Source: Convolutriloba macropyga (Eukaryota). Taken from it: a stretch of DNA of 64,000 bases. The DNA lies in assembly GCF_964194025.1 (NCBI RefSeq), contig NC_134472.1, forward strand, positions 73,222,001 through 73,286,000. The letters are read 5' to 3'. The notes below the pieces were generated by a model, which was given only the letters and a program-made list of their open reading frames with translations, made no database searches and was not told the origin of the DNA. How positions within the stretch are numbered: position 1 is the stretch's first letter; each line of letters begins with the position of its first letter. The translations under genes were made by a program, and so were the position numbers. Positions 48,701 through 61,927 of this stretch are shown in pieces.

Positions 48701-51700
48701 GGTTGTCGTGCAGGGTGCAGATAGATTGGGATTTAGAGAGTTCTTTGGAAGGCCCGTTAGTGAAACGCCTAAGAGAAACGCTGTTACAGTCAGACGTTCT
48801 CCAAGCATTGATGACCCCAACACGTATTTTGACACATGCGATGTTCGCGATATCTTCAAACTGTTCGCAGATAGAGTGAAAATTGCTCTAGTGCTGAGAG
48901 TCATACTGTCATGCGTAGATGGTGCAAAGAATTCTCGATCAAATATTCGATCAGACATAACAAACTCCACTCAGTTGAATGATGTTACCTTTTCAAGTTA
49001 CTATGAGGAGATGTTGAACCAACCTAAAACTCTCTGGAGCTATTTAGCTCTAGTGTCTGGAAAAGTTCCAATTGACATATCTGCGAGGTCCGGAACTGAT
49101 TTTGCTGAAATTGTCTCTCCTGAAAAGACAGTTGAATACATCGGCAATCTATGCAAATCTTCAGTTGACCTCTATCATTACTTCTTTACTAAGTTGTCTG
49201 AAACCTTGATGGATTTAGCTGTCAACATCAATCATCTACCGTCAAATGTTGAAATGGCTAAGAAAGTCATTCTGGTGTTAAAGTCAAGCTGGGACAAAGG
49301 CTCGTCACATCGCACAGATATCACAGCACTTTTGGACAAATTGGCAGCGAACCTGTTGTCCTCAAGGTTTCCATCCGAACACAAAAAATGGGCTCTGGAA
49401 GAGTTCGTCAATTGCTTACGGTTCCTGAAAGCCTCAAAATCGAACGAGGTATCGGAAAACTTACATGTAGATATAAATTGTGACCTGCCAAAATTGGATT
49501 CGTATCTGTTCAAGTTTCACCGGAAAGCTATCGGAGAGGTAGTTATATCAACAGAAGATACTAACAGCTGCTCGATCTATACAACGGGAACTGCTTCGGA
49601 AGCTAGCTCGATTAAAGTTCACAAGTTGATGATAAAACATGAAGAAACGGGATGTGCAACAGGCCTGCATAAAATATTCCATGTCGAAGATCTGCCAAAA
49701 GACGTAAAAATCAACCACCTTTGTTGCAGTGTAAACCAAAATTTTATCGGAGCGTCTTTTGCTAAAACTCTTCTCATTGGACTGGATTCTAGTACATACA
49801 TGCTTAAAAAGTCATTTGATCATGTTATAACTTGTGTAGCGTTCCCAGAGGAAAAGGATTTCATGGAAGGTTCAGCTGGAATTAAAAATGCCAAAATTTA
49901 TGTTGGTCTAGAAACTGGTGGAGTATTTGAAGTTGACATTTTTGGAACTTCGGTAGCATCTGCCAGGCGTATTTCCGAGTTCTCGCACCCGCAAGCTGTC
50001 ACTCATATCGTTTGCAGAGGTCAGGCGATCCCGTTTTTGGTTGCTTACAATGACGGAAAAGTAGTCGCAAAAGTTAAGCAATCTGATACTTCAGAGCGCG
50101 GTGCTGACACCATCTTAGTACTCGAGGATTCAACAAATTCTCCAGTCGAGTATCTCAGGTGGTCCCCAATTAACTTGGTCTTAGCATGGTGCATTGGGCC
50201 AAAGTTCTGTTCCAGTGTCTTTTTCGGCGGAGAATTTTGTCAGACTGAACGAATTGAACTTGATCAAGAGATCTCGGCTTTCGAATGGAATCCAAATTAT
50301 CAATCATGCGACACCTTATCAGAAATAGATGTTGAGCTTACATCCGAGTCTAAATCTCATAAAAGAACGGAAGCATTCGTTTGTTCCATTGGGCAATCAA
50401 CCGGAGAAACCAGCTTGTGGAAAGTTCTGCTGTGTTTGCCTAAAGATAAACGCAAACGGCTCCTCAAAGCGCCGAAAAGGGAACAGGAAAATCAAAACCG
50501 TTGGGATGAAGATGATGTCTTTAAAACTGACTCTACCGATTCTAGTGAATCCGAACATGAAACAGGGACCTCGAGAAGACCACAACTTAAATTAATCCAG
50601 AAGTCAGCCACCAAATTATTTTCATTTTTTGGTCATAACGAAAAGATTTCAGCTCTTTCTTTCGATTCATACGGAGCCTTTTTGGCAACTGGCTGTCGTG
50701 CTGGAGTTGTCAATGTCTATTCAATGTATGATCGAACTTTAATTCAAACCTTGACGTATAAAAATCCGATTATCAAATTTCACTGGCTTAACGATGGCCT
50801 AATGCTTCTGGAGAAAGACACGAATGAAGTAAACTGTGTCCGCTTTTCTAATGAAATGTTCAAGAATGAATTGCGAGATTTTTGTTTTGCTAGAGAAGTT
50901 TTGTCCAGGAACGGAATTCAACGCTGCTCGGAACTGATATACTTCCAAACGTTTATTGCTGGACTAAAACAGACAGTGTGCCATCAGAAAAAATCCGAAA
51001 CCTCTGCTGTCAACCAAGGAGATAGATTGGTCTATTCCGGTTACCTCAAATTACTTGTTAGCATTTCATGTCAGTTAGGCTTAGACCAAGCCTGGTGCTA
51101 CAAAAACAGCGGGGTTGACTTGACATCCAGAAAATTACCCGTTCCCGAATGGGAATGGCTGAGAGAATATCGCCGGTTGCTCGAACGTAGTAAATCTTTG
51201 TCCAGATTTGAGCTGGATTCGGAATGCAAATTCACGTGGAAAATGGATAAGGAAATAGTAGACTGGTTTGCAAGTAAACAACAGGATTGGCAATTTGGAG
51301 GAGAATGCGAACTTTATATGTGGGGAAGCTCAAACTTTGGACAACTTGTGGACATCCCAGATCCAGTGGAAACAGACCCACTTCTCGTGGATTCTAACCT
51401 GCCTGTGAAATCGCCTTTAACAGATGTAATCCAGGTCATATGCGGGCAAAATTGTACCTTCGTTATTCATAACGATGGGTCAGTCTCGGGTTGTGGCGAG
51501 GGAACAAGTGGGCGCCTTGGAGTCGGCGTTTCTGAAGACACCCGAACGTTGACACCCTTGACTACGTTCTCAGGATTCGTTGTTACAAAACTGGCTACCT
51601 CGTCTGGATCGGATGGTCATTCACTGGCGCTTCTCGAATCTGGTGAAGTGTATAGTTGGGGTGACGGTGATTATGGTCGATTAGGACACGGCAACTCTGA

Positions 51701-54209
51701 TCGTCACAGGGTTCCAAAACTTATCGAGGCACTTCTGAGAGAGGAAGCAGTTGATATAAGTTGCGGATGGAAGCACAGTGCAGTAGTAACAAGTGATGGA
51801 AAGTTGTTCACATTCGGCAATGGCGACTACGGAAGACTGGGAACTGGGCAGAAGACGAACAGAAAATTCCCGGAAAGAATTATGGGAGAGTTACGAACTG
51901 AGAACGTCACAGCTGTTTCCTGTGGAGTTAACCATACGGTATGTATCGGAGCTAATGGAAACAAAGTGTGGGCTTTTGGCGATGGTGAAAACGGGAAGCT
52001 GGGAGTGGGAATGCCAACCAATACTCATTTAAGTCCAAGACTGGTTAAGTTGCCTTTCACGTCATGTAAAAAAGCCCTATGTGGCCAGCAATTTACAGTG
52101 TTTTTATCTGAAAGTGGACGCTTGTATGTATGTGGCTCAACAAAGTTTAGTGGAATCCGAATATCACGAGACCGAATGATCACAGCTCCAGAAGAGGTGA
52201 CAGAACTCTCACATAACTTTATAGAAGACATTGCTGTAGGACCGGAGTTTATCCTGGCTATGTCGGCTACCGGCCAGCTATTTGGTTGGGGAACTAACAG
52301 TGCTGGGCAGCTGGGAAGGACCTTGCCAGAGTTCATAAAATACCCGACAATTATACAAGGCGTACCTCCGGGAGTCCGGCAAATAAGTGCTGGAAGATCG
52401 CACAGTGCAGCTTGGACAGCAGTACCATCGCCAAAATCTGCTACCAATGGTCGATGTTCATTCCAGCCAATGCTGGGAAACCCAAAAGCAATACCTGAAA
52501 AATATGGAGAGTTGGCGCACTGCACAATACCAGCAATTCGAGGCCGCTTAGACCACTTGAACGAATTTACTCAGATGGTGCATAATTCATGGAAACTCGT
52601 GGAACTGCGACCTTGTCATGATTTCGCGCTTTTCTCGTATGCCCTGGACAGCAAGCGACTAGATAGTTTAAGAGCATTGGTATCTCCCAGACTGGTCAAT
52701 ATGCTTCTGAACAAGTGTTTAAGCAGAACCTCAGTGCAGTCAGCACAACACGGACCGCAAGTATTTGTTCGGAGACTTGAAACATGCACAGATGGCGTAA
52801 AATGTAGCTCTGTGTATGAACAACTTAGTAAACAAGTGCTATCATTCAACTTGGAACAACTCAGACTGCCATCACGTGCATGGAAAGTAACCCTGATAGG
52901 CGAAGGAGCTGACGACGCAGGTGGAGTATTTGACGAAATTATGGGCGAAATGATCCGAGAGATCCAACAGAAGTCAATATGCAAGATCCTTATTCCGACG
53001 CCTAATGCACTCGCTGATAGCGGAAATAACCGAGACGCTTTCCTGCTAAACCCTTCAGCTATTACATCGCAACAACTGGATCATTTGAAGTTCTTAGGAA
53101 TTATATTTGGCATCGCTATGCGAACTCGAAAACCAATTGAGGTATCGTTAGCTCCTATGATGTGGAAATTAATATCTGGCTGTCAAGTTACACTTGAAGA
53201 TCTAGAGGAAATTGATTACGGTTACGTGTCCATTCTTAATAATGTACTAGCGTTAGATCGTAGCGTCATAAACGACGAAAACTGTAAAGATTTGATGCCG
53301 TTTAATTTGAATGAATGTCAAAGCTCTACAGGGGAGTCGGTTCCTCTATCAAAACGCAAACTTAAATCACAGCCGTGGGTTCCCGTGACTTTGGAAACGC
53401 GTGAACAGTACGTTTCGAGTGTGATCAACTATCGTCTGAACGAGTTCGAGAAGCAAGTTGAAAAATTGCGTGAAGGTATAGGGTGTATTGTTCCATTGCC
53501 AATTTTATCTTTAATGACACCCAAGGCTTTGGAGGAGCTTGTATGTGGATCCAAAACTGTAGATATTGACACTTTGAAGAAGTGCGTAAAGTATAGAGGC
53601 TGTGATGAAAATCATGCTGTTATTAAGTGGTTCTGGGATGTCCTGAAGTCTTTCGAGGATGAAGAGAAGGTTCTTTTCCTGCGATTTGTATCTGGACGCT
53701 CTCGATTACCGGCGAACATCAATGACATTTCTCAAAGATTTGTTGTCTATTTCGCTAACGACAAGATTGACGGGCTCCCAACAGCTCAAACTTGCTTCTT
53801 TCAAATAAGATTAGCAGGCTATTCAAGTGAGAAAATTTTGAAGGAAAAACTTTTGTATGCAATTCGAAATTGTCAAACAATTGATATGGACAACCACATG
53901 TTAAACAGAGATCCAATGCGGAGGGTTCTGAGAGCCGCCGCGATGGGAAATGCGTTGTTTAACTTTGACATAAATAATGACAACATATTTGAACTTGAAC
54001 AGTTTCCACTGCCCGCTGCGACCGAGGCATCTTCAAATTTGTCAGTGCCTAGTCCCCAACCGATGAATCTCAGCTCGGATAATGACGAATCGAATCCCGC
54101 TATGCCATCAACGGCCGAGTTATTCAACCCGCCTGAGCTTGAGCCTACTTCTACTGCCCGACTGAGGCCGTCGTTTCACCAGTACCAGTCGTTACCTTCA
54201 GAAGAGTGA
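42745..54209 (+). CDS. HERC1: HERC1 exon 5 (11.5 kb): end of RLD1, SPRY, UBA-like, Cys/His cluster, WD40, RLD2, HECT
   Basis: Single ORF of >3800 codons. SPRY ~45860-46335; UBA-like LTQMGFS ~47545-47685; WD40 ~49510-50820; RCC1 repeats ([17 protein letters not shown]) ~51310-52420; HECT (GEGADDAGG; [13 protein letters not shown], catalytic Cys 53793-53795). This domain order is that of HERC1, not HERC2. Confidence 0.96.
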
Positions 54210-54369
54210 CGAAATAGTAAAACAAAAAAAACTTTTGAAAAACTTTAAGTAGATAGAAAAAATATTACCTGAAATAGAGTACTGGCATTTATTTTCAGTT
54301 AGTAATCGTTAGTTAATGTATTTGATCAAGTTTAGTGGTTATCAAATGGAGGTTCGTTTGTATCATGGA

Positions 54370-54375
54370 AATAAA
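54370..54375 (+). promoter_or_regulatory. Candidate HERC1 polyadenylation signal AATAAA
   Basis: First AATAAA I see, ~160 nt after the stop, followed by T-rich sequence. Confidence 0.5.
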
Positions 54376-54456
54376 TGACATATATATTCCAAATTTCAAA
54401 TTTAACTTTTCATATAATGTTAAGCTTCCGACAACCAAGTAATGCTAATTCTTATT

Positions 54457-55361
54457 AATAGCCGCACAGCGATAGCTGGGGCTATTATTGGCCTTCTCTT
54501 GGTTTTTTACAATTCAAAGAATTTGAATTGTATTGGGGCGCTGTCTTTTTTTTTTTTTAAGATCTGTTCACACATTTTCATGATTTTTGAAGTCAAATTG
54601 GAGTGGTGATTTTGGTCACGCCGAAACAGGAAATGGAGCGAAAAGCGAGTGGTTTTGCGGCGTGAAATTTTTTCGCTCTAAATTTAAAGTAGAGTGAGAA
54701 AATGGTGTTTGAACAAAAATTCGCTTTCTCGCTAGTGGTTTTTTGTTCACATGCGGCAATTTCACTTTGATTTTTACTCTTTTTTCGATTTTTTGGATCA
54801 GATTTTTTTCTAAATGGTTTTTCCAATCCATTCATAGTCCGTTTTAGGTCTAGTTTTTTTAGTCAATGAAAATTCTTTGAATTGTACGTCAGGACTTGTC
54901 CTGCTATGTTTTTTTATTTCGTCGTCATGATTTTTGTTACGACCATATGACGTCACAGCCACTTTTTGTTCATTCGTTCATGCAATTTCAACTGAATTGC
55001 ATGTGTGACGTCATTTTTCGCTCTTAGTGGAGCGAGTTTTTTCGTTCATGCGCGTGATTAAGTTTTTGGTCACACTTGACTTACCTCACTCTCAAAAATG
55101 ACTTCCTCACTTTGAAATTGACTTTTATTTACTTTAATTCAAAGAGATAAGGTCAAATGGGTGTGTGTCACTCTAAATGAAATGTTATTCAAGAGCAGCT
55201 AATAGAGGCAGCAATAACTTATACAGATTTTTAATCAAAATACAACAGATCAGCCTTCAATGAAAAGACGAATTTTTTTGGTCTGTCTTTTTTGCTGTTT
55301 TTTTAGACGGCCGATCTACGAATCTATTGCGGCTATTTTCTGGCAATCTGCCAGCTATGTT
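54457..55361 (+). mobile_element. Two-level HINE nest B(F); F (54509-54911) has no C insert
   Basis: F 5' hairpin acaattcaaa-gaa-tttgaattgt; F 3' attctttgaattgta-caggacttgtcctg-ctatgttt; B 3' gcggctattt-ctggcaatctgccag-ctatgtt. Confidence 0.9.
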
Positions 55362-58349
55362 CACATTTTTTACAACCTTGATTTTCACTTGCTTTAAAAC
55401 GAAGGTTTGTGCTATTTTTTGGGTCCTGCTTGACACGTGGTAGTTTTTAAAACGTACAGAGTCGCATTTTTTTCAATTTGGAGCGTGTGATACTCGAAAG
55501 TAGCTGACCTTCAAGGAACTTGAATTAAGTGTATGCCGCCTAATTTATATTTCTGAAGACATGAACAAAACAATTGGACATCAGAAATAGTTGCAGAAGA
55601 GTTTTGTTAGTGATATTTGATTATTCCAATTGCTATAAATAATTTTTGTGTGGCCGAAAAACCAATAAATATCATTTTTTTTACTAATCAATATGTAATT
55701 TAACGAAGAATATCGCTTCAGAAGCAATTATAGAGAAGTCGGTTTTTAGCTTCTACATCAGCAATAATGGTTTTAGAAGGTTGTATTGCAGTATTTGTTG
55801 TAAAAGCTTGAGCTGAAATTATATCTTGAAGACTACATTCAAGACAATAATCAGTATCCCGATATTTAAAAACCCTTGAATTTTTCATTTTGGTTTGTTT
55901 TTTTCATATTTTTTATGTGCAGTCTTTCGCAACATTTGTGAACCTTGATTTTAAAAATGAACATACTGACAAAACTTTGATAATTAGCAAAAACTTCACT
56001 GTAATTTTTGAATTCTGGTAGATATTTTTCTCTTAAATCTCATTTTTAAACTCAAGCACGACTTGCGGACACTGCCTGTAGCACAGAATGTTCTAACATA
56101 CGTCTCAAGTTTGTCAAAAACTTTTTTCTGAATTGAGAATTTTGTCTGTCAATTGTTCGAAGCTCAAATTGAGGCTTTTTCCGTAGCAACCTTGTACGAC
56201 TTTCAGAAACCTCATATTTGAAATGAGGTTTCAGAAATTTTGCATTTCAGAAACCTCATATCAATATAATTTTGCCCGATGAAAAACCAATTGCGTTTTA
56301 GTCAATATGCCTTGAATATCTGATTTTCAACGAGTCTTATAGTTCAAAAACAGTAACAGATAAAAAGAACGGAGCAGTTTTGAGCAATTTTTTGTATATT
56401 GCAGCACTAACGAAACGTTTTTCTACGCCACTGAAAAAATTACCTTTCATTATTTGAGTTAATAACATTGTATGTCCTAAAGGCTAAATTCAATTAAGTC
56501 GGATATCATGATAAATAAACTGCTAGTCAATATGGGTCCAACTAGACATCACACCAACAAAATTTTAGGGTCGAACAAAACAAAAATTAGGTTTCTAAAG
56601 TCAAAGAAATGGGAAAAGGAAAACAATTTTTTTCTTTAATTAAAATTTGAAAAACTGCAATAAATTGGCAAAAAATAGTTAAAAATTTATCATTTCTGTG
56701 TCATTTTTTGCTCCACTGAAACACTGTCTTATGCCACATAAAATGTAATCTTCCGGTAACTAAAAATTATTTTGATCAAAACACTTCCTTTCAATTCCCA
56801 ATGAATGCTATGAAACAACGAAATAGCAAAATAAATCGCTAATAAGCTTAAAGATTCATATTCAATATGATTAAAAATAGTAGAAAAACCTCAGAAATAA
56901 TATAAATTCAGGTTATTTAAACAAGTTTTAAAACCCCTTTTCCTATTTTCGGTCTTGTTTTATTTAAATAGCTCCCCTTTCTCAATTCGATGAAATTTGC
57001 AGATTTTTTAATATCAAACGGGGGCTCAACTTATCACGGGGACTCAACTTACTGCGGTTCTAAATCTGGCTTTACGCCAAAAGTACCCTGAAAATTTATC
57101 ATGTAACATTGAGTTCTTAGAGATCAATATTTTGTCGATGAGCGTAGTTAATAAGTTTTCGAAAATCTGTTAAGTTCAAAGAAGGTTATTAAAAGATACA
57201 CTTACGTCAAGGCAGTGTAAGCATCATTAAGAACGTGTTTAAGGCGGTTTATCTTTTTTGTGATGTGAGTACAGAGGCTTAGGCCTCGACTTATGAAAAG
57301 GCCATGCTCGACCAAAAAATGGTATGAAAAGACCATGATGGGCGCAAACAGCCCATGAAAAGAATTTAGCTGGACCTAATCGTTCAGCTAGACTTTGGCT
57401 TGACCAAAATTTTTGATTCTGGACTTTAGCTCGACCCAAATATGTTACTCAACTTTACCTCGACCTAAAATTATGCTGGACCCAATAAAAATTTACATTT
57501 GCACTGATAATTGGCCTTTGCTTATAACGTGGTCAACGGGTTTTACAGTTCAAATTTTCCAATGTTTCTCACATTTTTCTCGAGAAACGAACGGCGCTAT
57601 TATAAATGTATTTTTAAAAAAATGAATTTTAGAACCAAATGAACTAAATCACAACACACTAAACCCATTGCTGATGAAATGTCGATTGTTAGAGCTTTGT
57701 TAACTAGTTGAATTCAGCCGAACAAATTCGCTATATTGGTCAATTCCGAAATTTAATTTATCTTAGGAATTCAATATTTTTTGGCGAAATTCCACCTATT
57801 TTTCGAAGGTGGACTGCCTGTTGCAACGTTAGTTTGGTGTTGCTGGTAGGTGTTACACATCTACAAAAAGGTTTATAGCAAAGTTAACTGTTATTAATAC
57901 CACAAAATGCGATCCTCGACTCATGAAAAGACCATGCTCGACCTATAAAAAGACCATGCTCGAACTTAATTTGCTATGAAAAGACCTTATCTTGACCATG
58001 AAAAGACTTTACCTCAACTTTAGTTAGGAGCTGGACTGTGTATTTATAGTCAATGTTGGACCCCCCTGCTAGAATTATAAAGTCATTTCAGAAGTCGTCA
58101 ATTAATTGGGATAGTTTATTTGCTAGTCTGGTTGGTGTTGGAACATGGTCCCGACTGCACATAATCTCACTTTTCAATCTCTATGTGAAAACAACACATC
58201 TCTACTAGCCGACAGAAAACAAAAACCTGTGGGTATCATATTTTTTAATCTCCATGCTAGGCAACCGATTTAAAAAAACGATTTTTTTATCCACTATGGA
58301 TGACTGATTGTCTCGTGCTTTTTATTAAGGGTTGCAATGAGATCACCGG

Positions 58350-58529
58350 AGGCACCAATGAAGCTGCTGAGTGGTGTAAGTCAAGAACGCCGGATGTTGA
58401 TTGGAACCCGTTCCTAGTTGGAATATTTGTTCACCCATAAAATTTATCTAATCTACAACCCCCCTCTGAATTCAATTGCCCCGCTTGTCGTTCAAGTGCA
58501 ATTTGACGGGCGATAGTCGGTTTATGTTT
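58350..58529 (+). mobile_element. HINE family A 3' part with tRNA-like remnant
   Basis: Aligns with 16025-16208 and 18410-18593; tcgttcaagtgcaatt...gtcggtttatgttt. Confidence 0.65.
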
Positions 58530-59222
58530 CAAAAGATGTTGAATGGATAGTTGAGCTTGCTCTGATTGTCCTTCTCTTGGTTTTTTTGCGATTTGAAGAG
58601 GTTTATCTGCTCTTGCATGGTTTCTAAAATTAGTGTTTTGTAATTAATCTGCACTGTAAAAGCCTTTTATTTATGGTTAAGGTCTTGCCTTGAAATTATG
58701 AGTTTTTTACGTGAGTTTTTTTTGTAGGCTAATTTAATTTATCAATGAAAATTTTTCATGCTTTAATTTTTCAAATTTTTTGCGCTCTTTATCTTGAAGG
58801 GAGGCCTGCTCAATGAATTAGTGGACCGCCGAAAAAAAGAAGTCAACTTTTGTGTTACATTTTGCTGTAGAGTTTGCTCGAGTGTCCCTCTAAGTCTCAC
58901 AATTTTGTTCAACTTACGACGCTCATTACCGCTACCTGCCTTTATATAATTTTTTTGTAACTGGTGTATATTTCTTCACTAATGGAGTGTCTTTTTTCCT
59001 CCGCGTGAATAACTCTGGTGGCTCAAGTTTGCTCTCACTCTGAAAATGAGTTTTGCTCACCCCTGATTTTAAGGTTAATTGAGGATTACACACTAATTTG
59101 AGAGAACTTTATCTGAGAGAACTTTTAGGAAATAGTTAATCAATTGAATTCTTTATATCTCAAACACTGCTGTAGTTAAAGATTGAAATTTTTTCTTTTA
59201 ATTTTCTAGTTTTGTGTTTATT

Positions 59223-59608
59223 AATTGCTTTCGAACGAAGTTTGAAGCAATTATTGTAAACGTGGAGAATTTTTATGGTAAGTTTTTGCTCGACCGTTTT
59301 AAGTTTTCTGGTTACTTTTACGCCCTTGACTTTTTCGTCTTACGTGATCATATTTGTTTTTCATTCACAAGTGTCAACAACTGAACTCAAGTGGCGGAAG
59401 TTCACGACTAAAAGTCAAATGAAAAGTGCGCCAAATTTTTTTTACTTAAAATTTTTAGTGGTATCTAATAGCCTCTAAAATGTCGTTCGAAGCCCCCTCC
59501 CCCCTTACTGAATTTAGTAACCCCCACCGACTGAAGCAGCCTGTTATACATTCGAGCTCCCACTAGAGCATTCGAGAGCAACTCTTCCGACGTTGGTCTG
59601 TTTTGTTT
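59223..59608 (+). mobile_element. HINE family A copy
   Basis: aattgctttcgaacgaagtttgaagcaatt ... ttcgagagcaact; body aligns with 60652-61020. Confidence 0.8.
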
Positions 59609-60124
59609 TCTGTAACTAATCTGAACAAATCCGCTGATCAATTTAACAATTAGTCCTTCTTTTTTAAATCATTATTTTATGATTTAGCCCTTTTCGTCGC
59701 CAATCTTTTTGTTTTCAGCTACTATTGTTTCAACGAGCTGCCGTGCGAAATTTTTCGGATGACAAATGGGGTGTGTTGGGGGACATTTATGTCTTGTGCT
59801 TACTACCTGCTAATTTGTTGACAGTTTTTCTTTTTCGTTATAGATAAGTTTATGCCAAGCAGACAATGGTGCTATCAGCAGAACAGATATTTGCCTAATG
59901 AAGTGCGAAAGCACATCAAAGTAAAGGCTTCTATGTCTGTTTGTAGATTGTAAATTCGATTGTGCATATGTCGGTAACTTCTATCTTGGTAACTTCTATC
60001 TTGCTATTCGGGCCTCGTTTCTGTGGATATTTCTATCTGTCTCTGACCACTGTATTATCTAATACTTTTGCAGACAAAAAACTTTTTTGTTTTGAGTCTC
60101 TCTTCAACATATTATTGCGTAACG

Positions 60125-60424
60125 ATGGATCTTAACTTGGAATTGATCAATTGGGACATGATCGGTGTGAACAAACAACAGTTCAACGGTTGTTACGTCA
60201 ATTTCAAAGGGGCGCGAGTCCTTCTCTTTGCCGACTGCATTGCCAACGATTTGGACTATGACGAAGATGTGGATGTCATTGGGCTACCTGGAGCACGCCC
60301 TGAAGATTTCTACCAAGTGTTGAAGTTGGTACTGAAGGAGAACTCGTATGAGATAGTAGCTGTGCTGATTGGAGCAAACTGTTTCTCAGAATACGAAGGG
60401 AGAGCCTCAATCAATCCAATAACA
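60125..60424 (+). CDS. SGNH/GDSL-hydrolase-fold protein, coding exon 1 of 3
   Basis: VLLFADC (block I), LPGA (block II), VAVLIGAN (block III); donor gtaagt, phase 0. ATG choice uncertain; an upstream acceptor lies at 60071-60073. Confidence 0.7.
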
Positions 60425-60651
60425 GTAAGTTTCCTGCTTTATTTTTCTCTTACCGAGTTTTATTTGTCTCTGCTGACATTGTCTTTTAAGGTCCATATCT
60501 TGTGCAGTTGCAGAGCGATTTGGTTTTTTGAGCAGTTGTTTGTGCTGTTTGCAAATACTTTTTTAGCTAGTGTTACCTGATATCTATAGTTGATTTGAGC
60601 ACATTCTGTTTCCCGGTTTGGAGCTGATGCGTATTAGTGCTAATAATTATT

Positions 60652-61020
60652 AATTGTGCTCTTGAACGAAGTTCATAGCAATTATTGTAAATGTGTGTCT
60701 TTTTTATGCAAAATTTTTGCTTGACCTTTTGACCTTTCGAGTGGCTTTTACGCCCTTGACTTTTTGCGTTTCGCGTGATCTAAAATTCTCTCTCAATCAC
60801 AATTTCAAGCAGCTGAACTCAATTGGCGGAAACTTAATACTAAAAGTCACATGAAAAGTGCGCCGAAAGTGGTACCATTTTTCACTTTAAATCTTACTAG
60901 TGGCATATGTTAAACTTTAATGTGGTTATTTGAAGCCCACTGTTGCAACTTCTTAGTCTCATTTAGAGCTCCCACTAGTCGTTCGAGAGCAATTCTTCCG
61001 ATGTATAGTCGGTTATGTTT
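60652..61020 (+). mobile_element. HINE family A copy in intron 1 of the SGNH gene
   Basis: aattgtgctcttgaacgaagttcatagcaatt ... tcgttcgagagcaatt-ccgatgtatagtcgg-ttatgttt. Confidence 0.88.
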
Positions 61021-61036
61021 ATTTCATCATATTTAG

Positions 61037-61187
61037 GCTGTGGCTGATGTCAGTTCTCTTTGTCAGACAATTCGCTCTACATTGCAACTGCCAGTCTACG
61101 TCTTTGGAATCCCAACCAACTTCCTAGGCGACGACAAATACTATGCCAAGAGCAAGCAGTTCAACCAGTACATGAAGCAAAATAGAT
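61037..61187 (+). CDS. SGNH-fold protein exon 2
   Basis: atttag acceptor; AVADVSSLCQTIRSTLQLPVYVFGIPTNFLGDDKYYAKSKQFNQYMKQNR; donor gtatgt, phase 1. Confidence 0.7.
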
Positions 61188-61194
61188 GTATGTG

Positions 61195-61820
61195 ACTTTT
61201 ACGCCCTTGACTTTTTGCGTTTCGCGTGATTTAAAATTCGCTCATTCATATTTTCAAGCAGCTGAGCTCAAGTGGTGACAGTTCACCACTAAAAATTAAA
61301 TGAAAAATGCGCCGAAAATGGTATTATTTTTTTCACTTCAATTTTTATTAGTCATTATAGTGTTTTATTATAACCTAATGACGTTTGAAGCCCCCATAGT
61401 GATTTGTAGTTACACCCCGATCTGTTTTTTATGATCTGTTCACACATTTTCATGATTTTTGAAATCAAATTGAAGCGATGGTTTGGTCAAGCCGAAACAG
61501 GAAGTGGAGCGAGAAAGCAGGAGGTTTTGTGGCGTGATTTCTTTTGCTCTGATTTCAAAATAGATTAAGAAAACGGTGTTTGAACTCAAATTCTCGCTAG
61601 GGTTTTTTGTTCACATGCAGCTTTTTGACATTGATTTTTACTGTTTTCTGATTTTTTGGATCTGATTTTTTATCCGAGTTGTATCAATGGTTTTCCTAAA
61701 CCATTTTAGGTCTTTTTTTTTGTTTAGTCAACAAAATTCATTATTGTTTGAGGACCTGCCCTTCTACGCTTTTGTTATTTCATCGTCAAGATTTTTGTTA
61801 CGATCATAATAACGTCACAA
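61195..61820 (+). mobile_element. Fragments of A, F and B bodies in intron 2 of the SGNH gene
   Basis: 61195-61400 aligns with 60745-60940; 61431-61820 aligns with 54560-54960. Confidence 0.7.
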
Positions 61821-61927
61821 TCGCTTCAGTGGAATTTTCAAGTATGTATCTTAGGTGGAATTTCAATATCAACAAGTATTTAGATGGAACCCTCTTTCGT
61901 GATTCTTTTCATACTGAGTTGTTTTAG

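Noticed and set aside
44396-54127. Antisense and alternative-frame ORFs within HERC1
   Set aside because: Expected shadow ORFs of a long coding exon; no motifs.
55400-58300. Autonomous transposase or Rep-Helicase remnant
   Set aside because: No long ORF or recognisable motif; only short degenerate repeats (gaccatgctcgacc) that I cannot classify.
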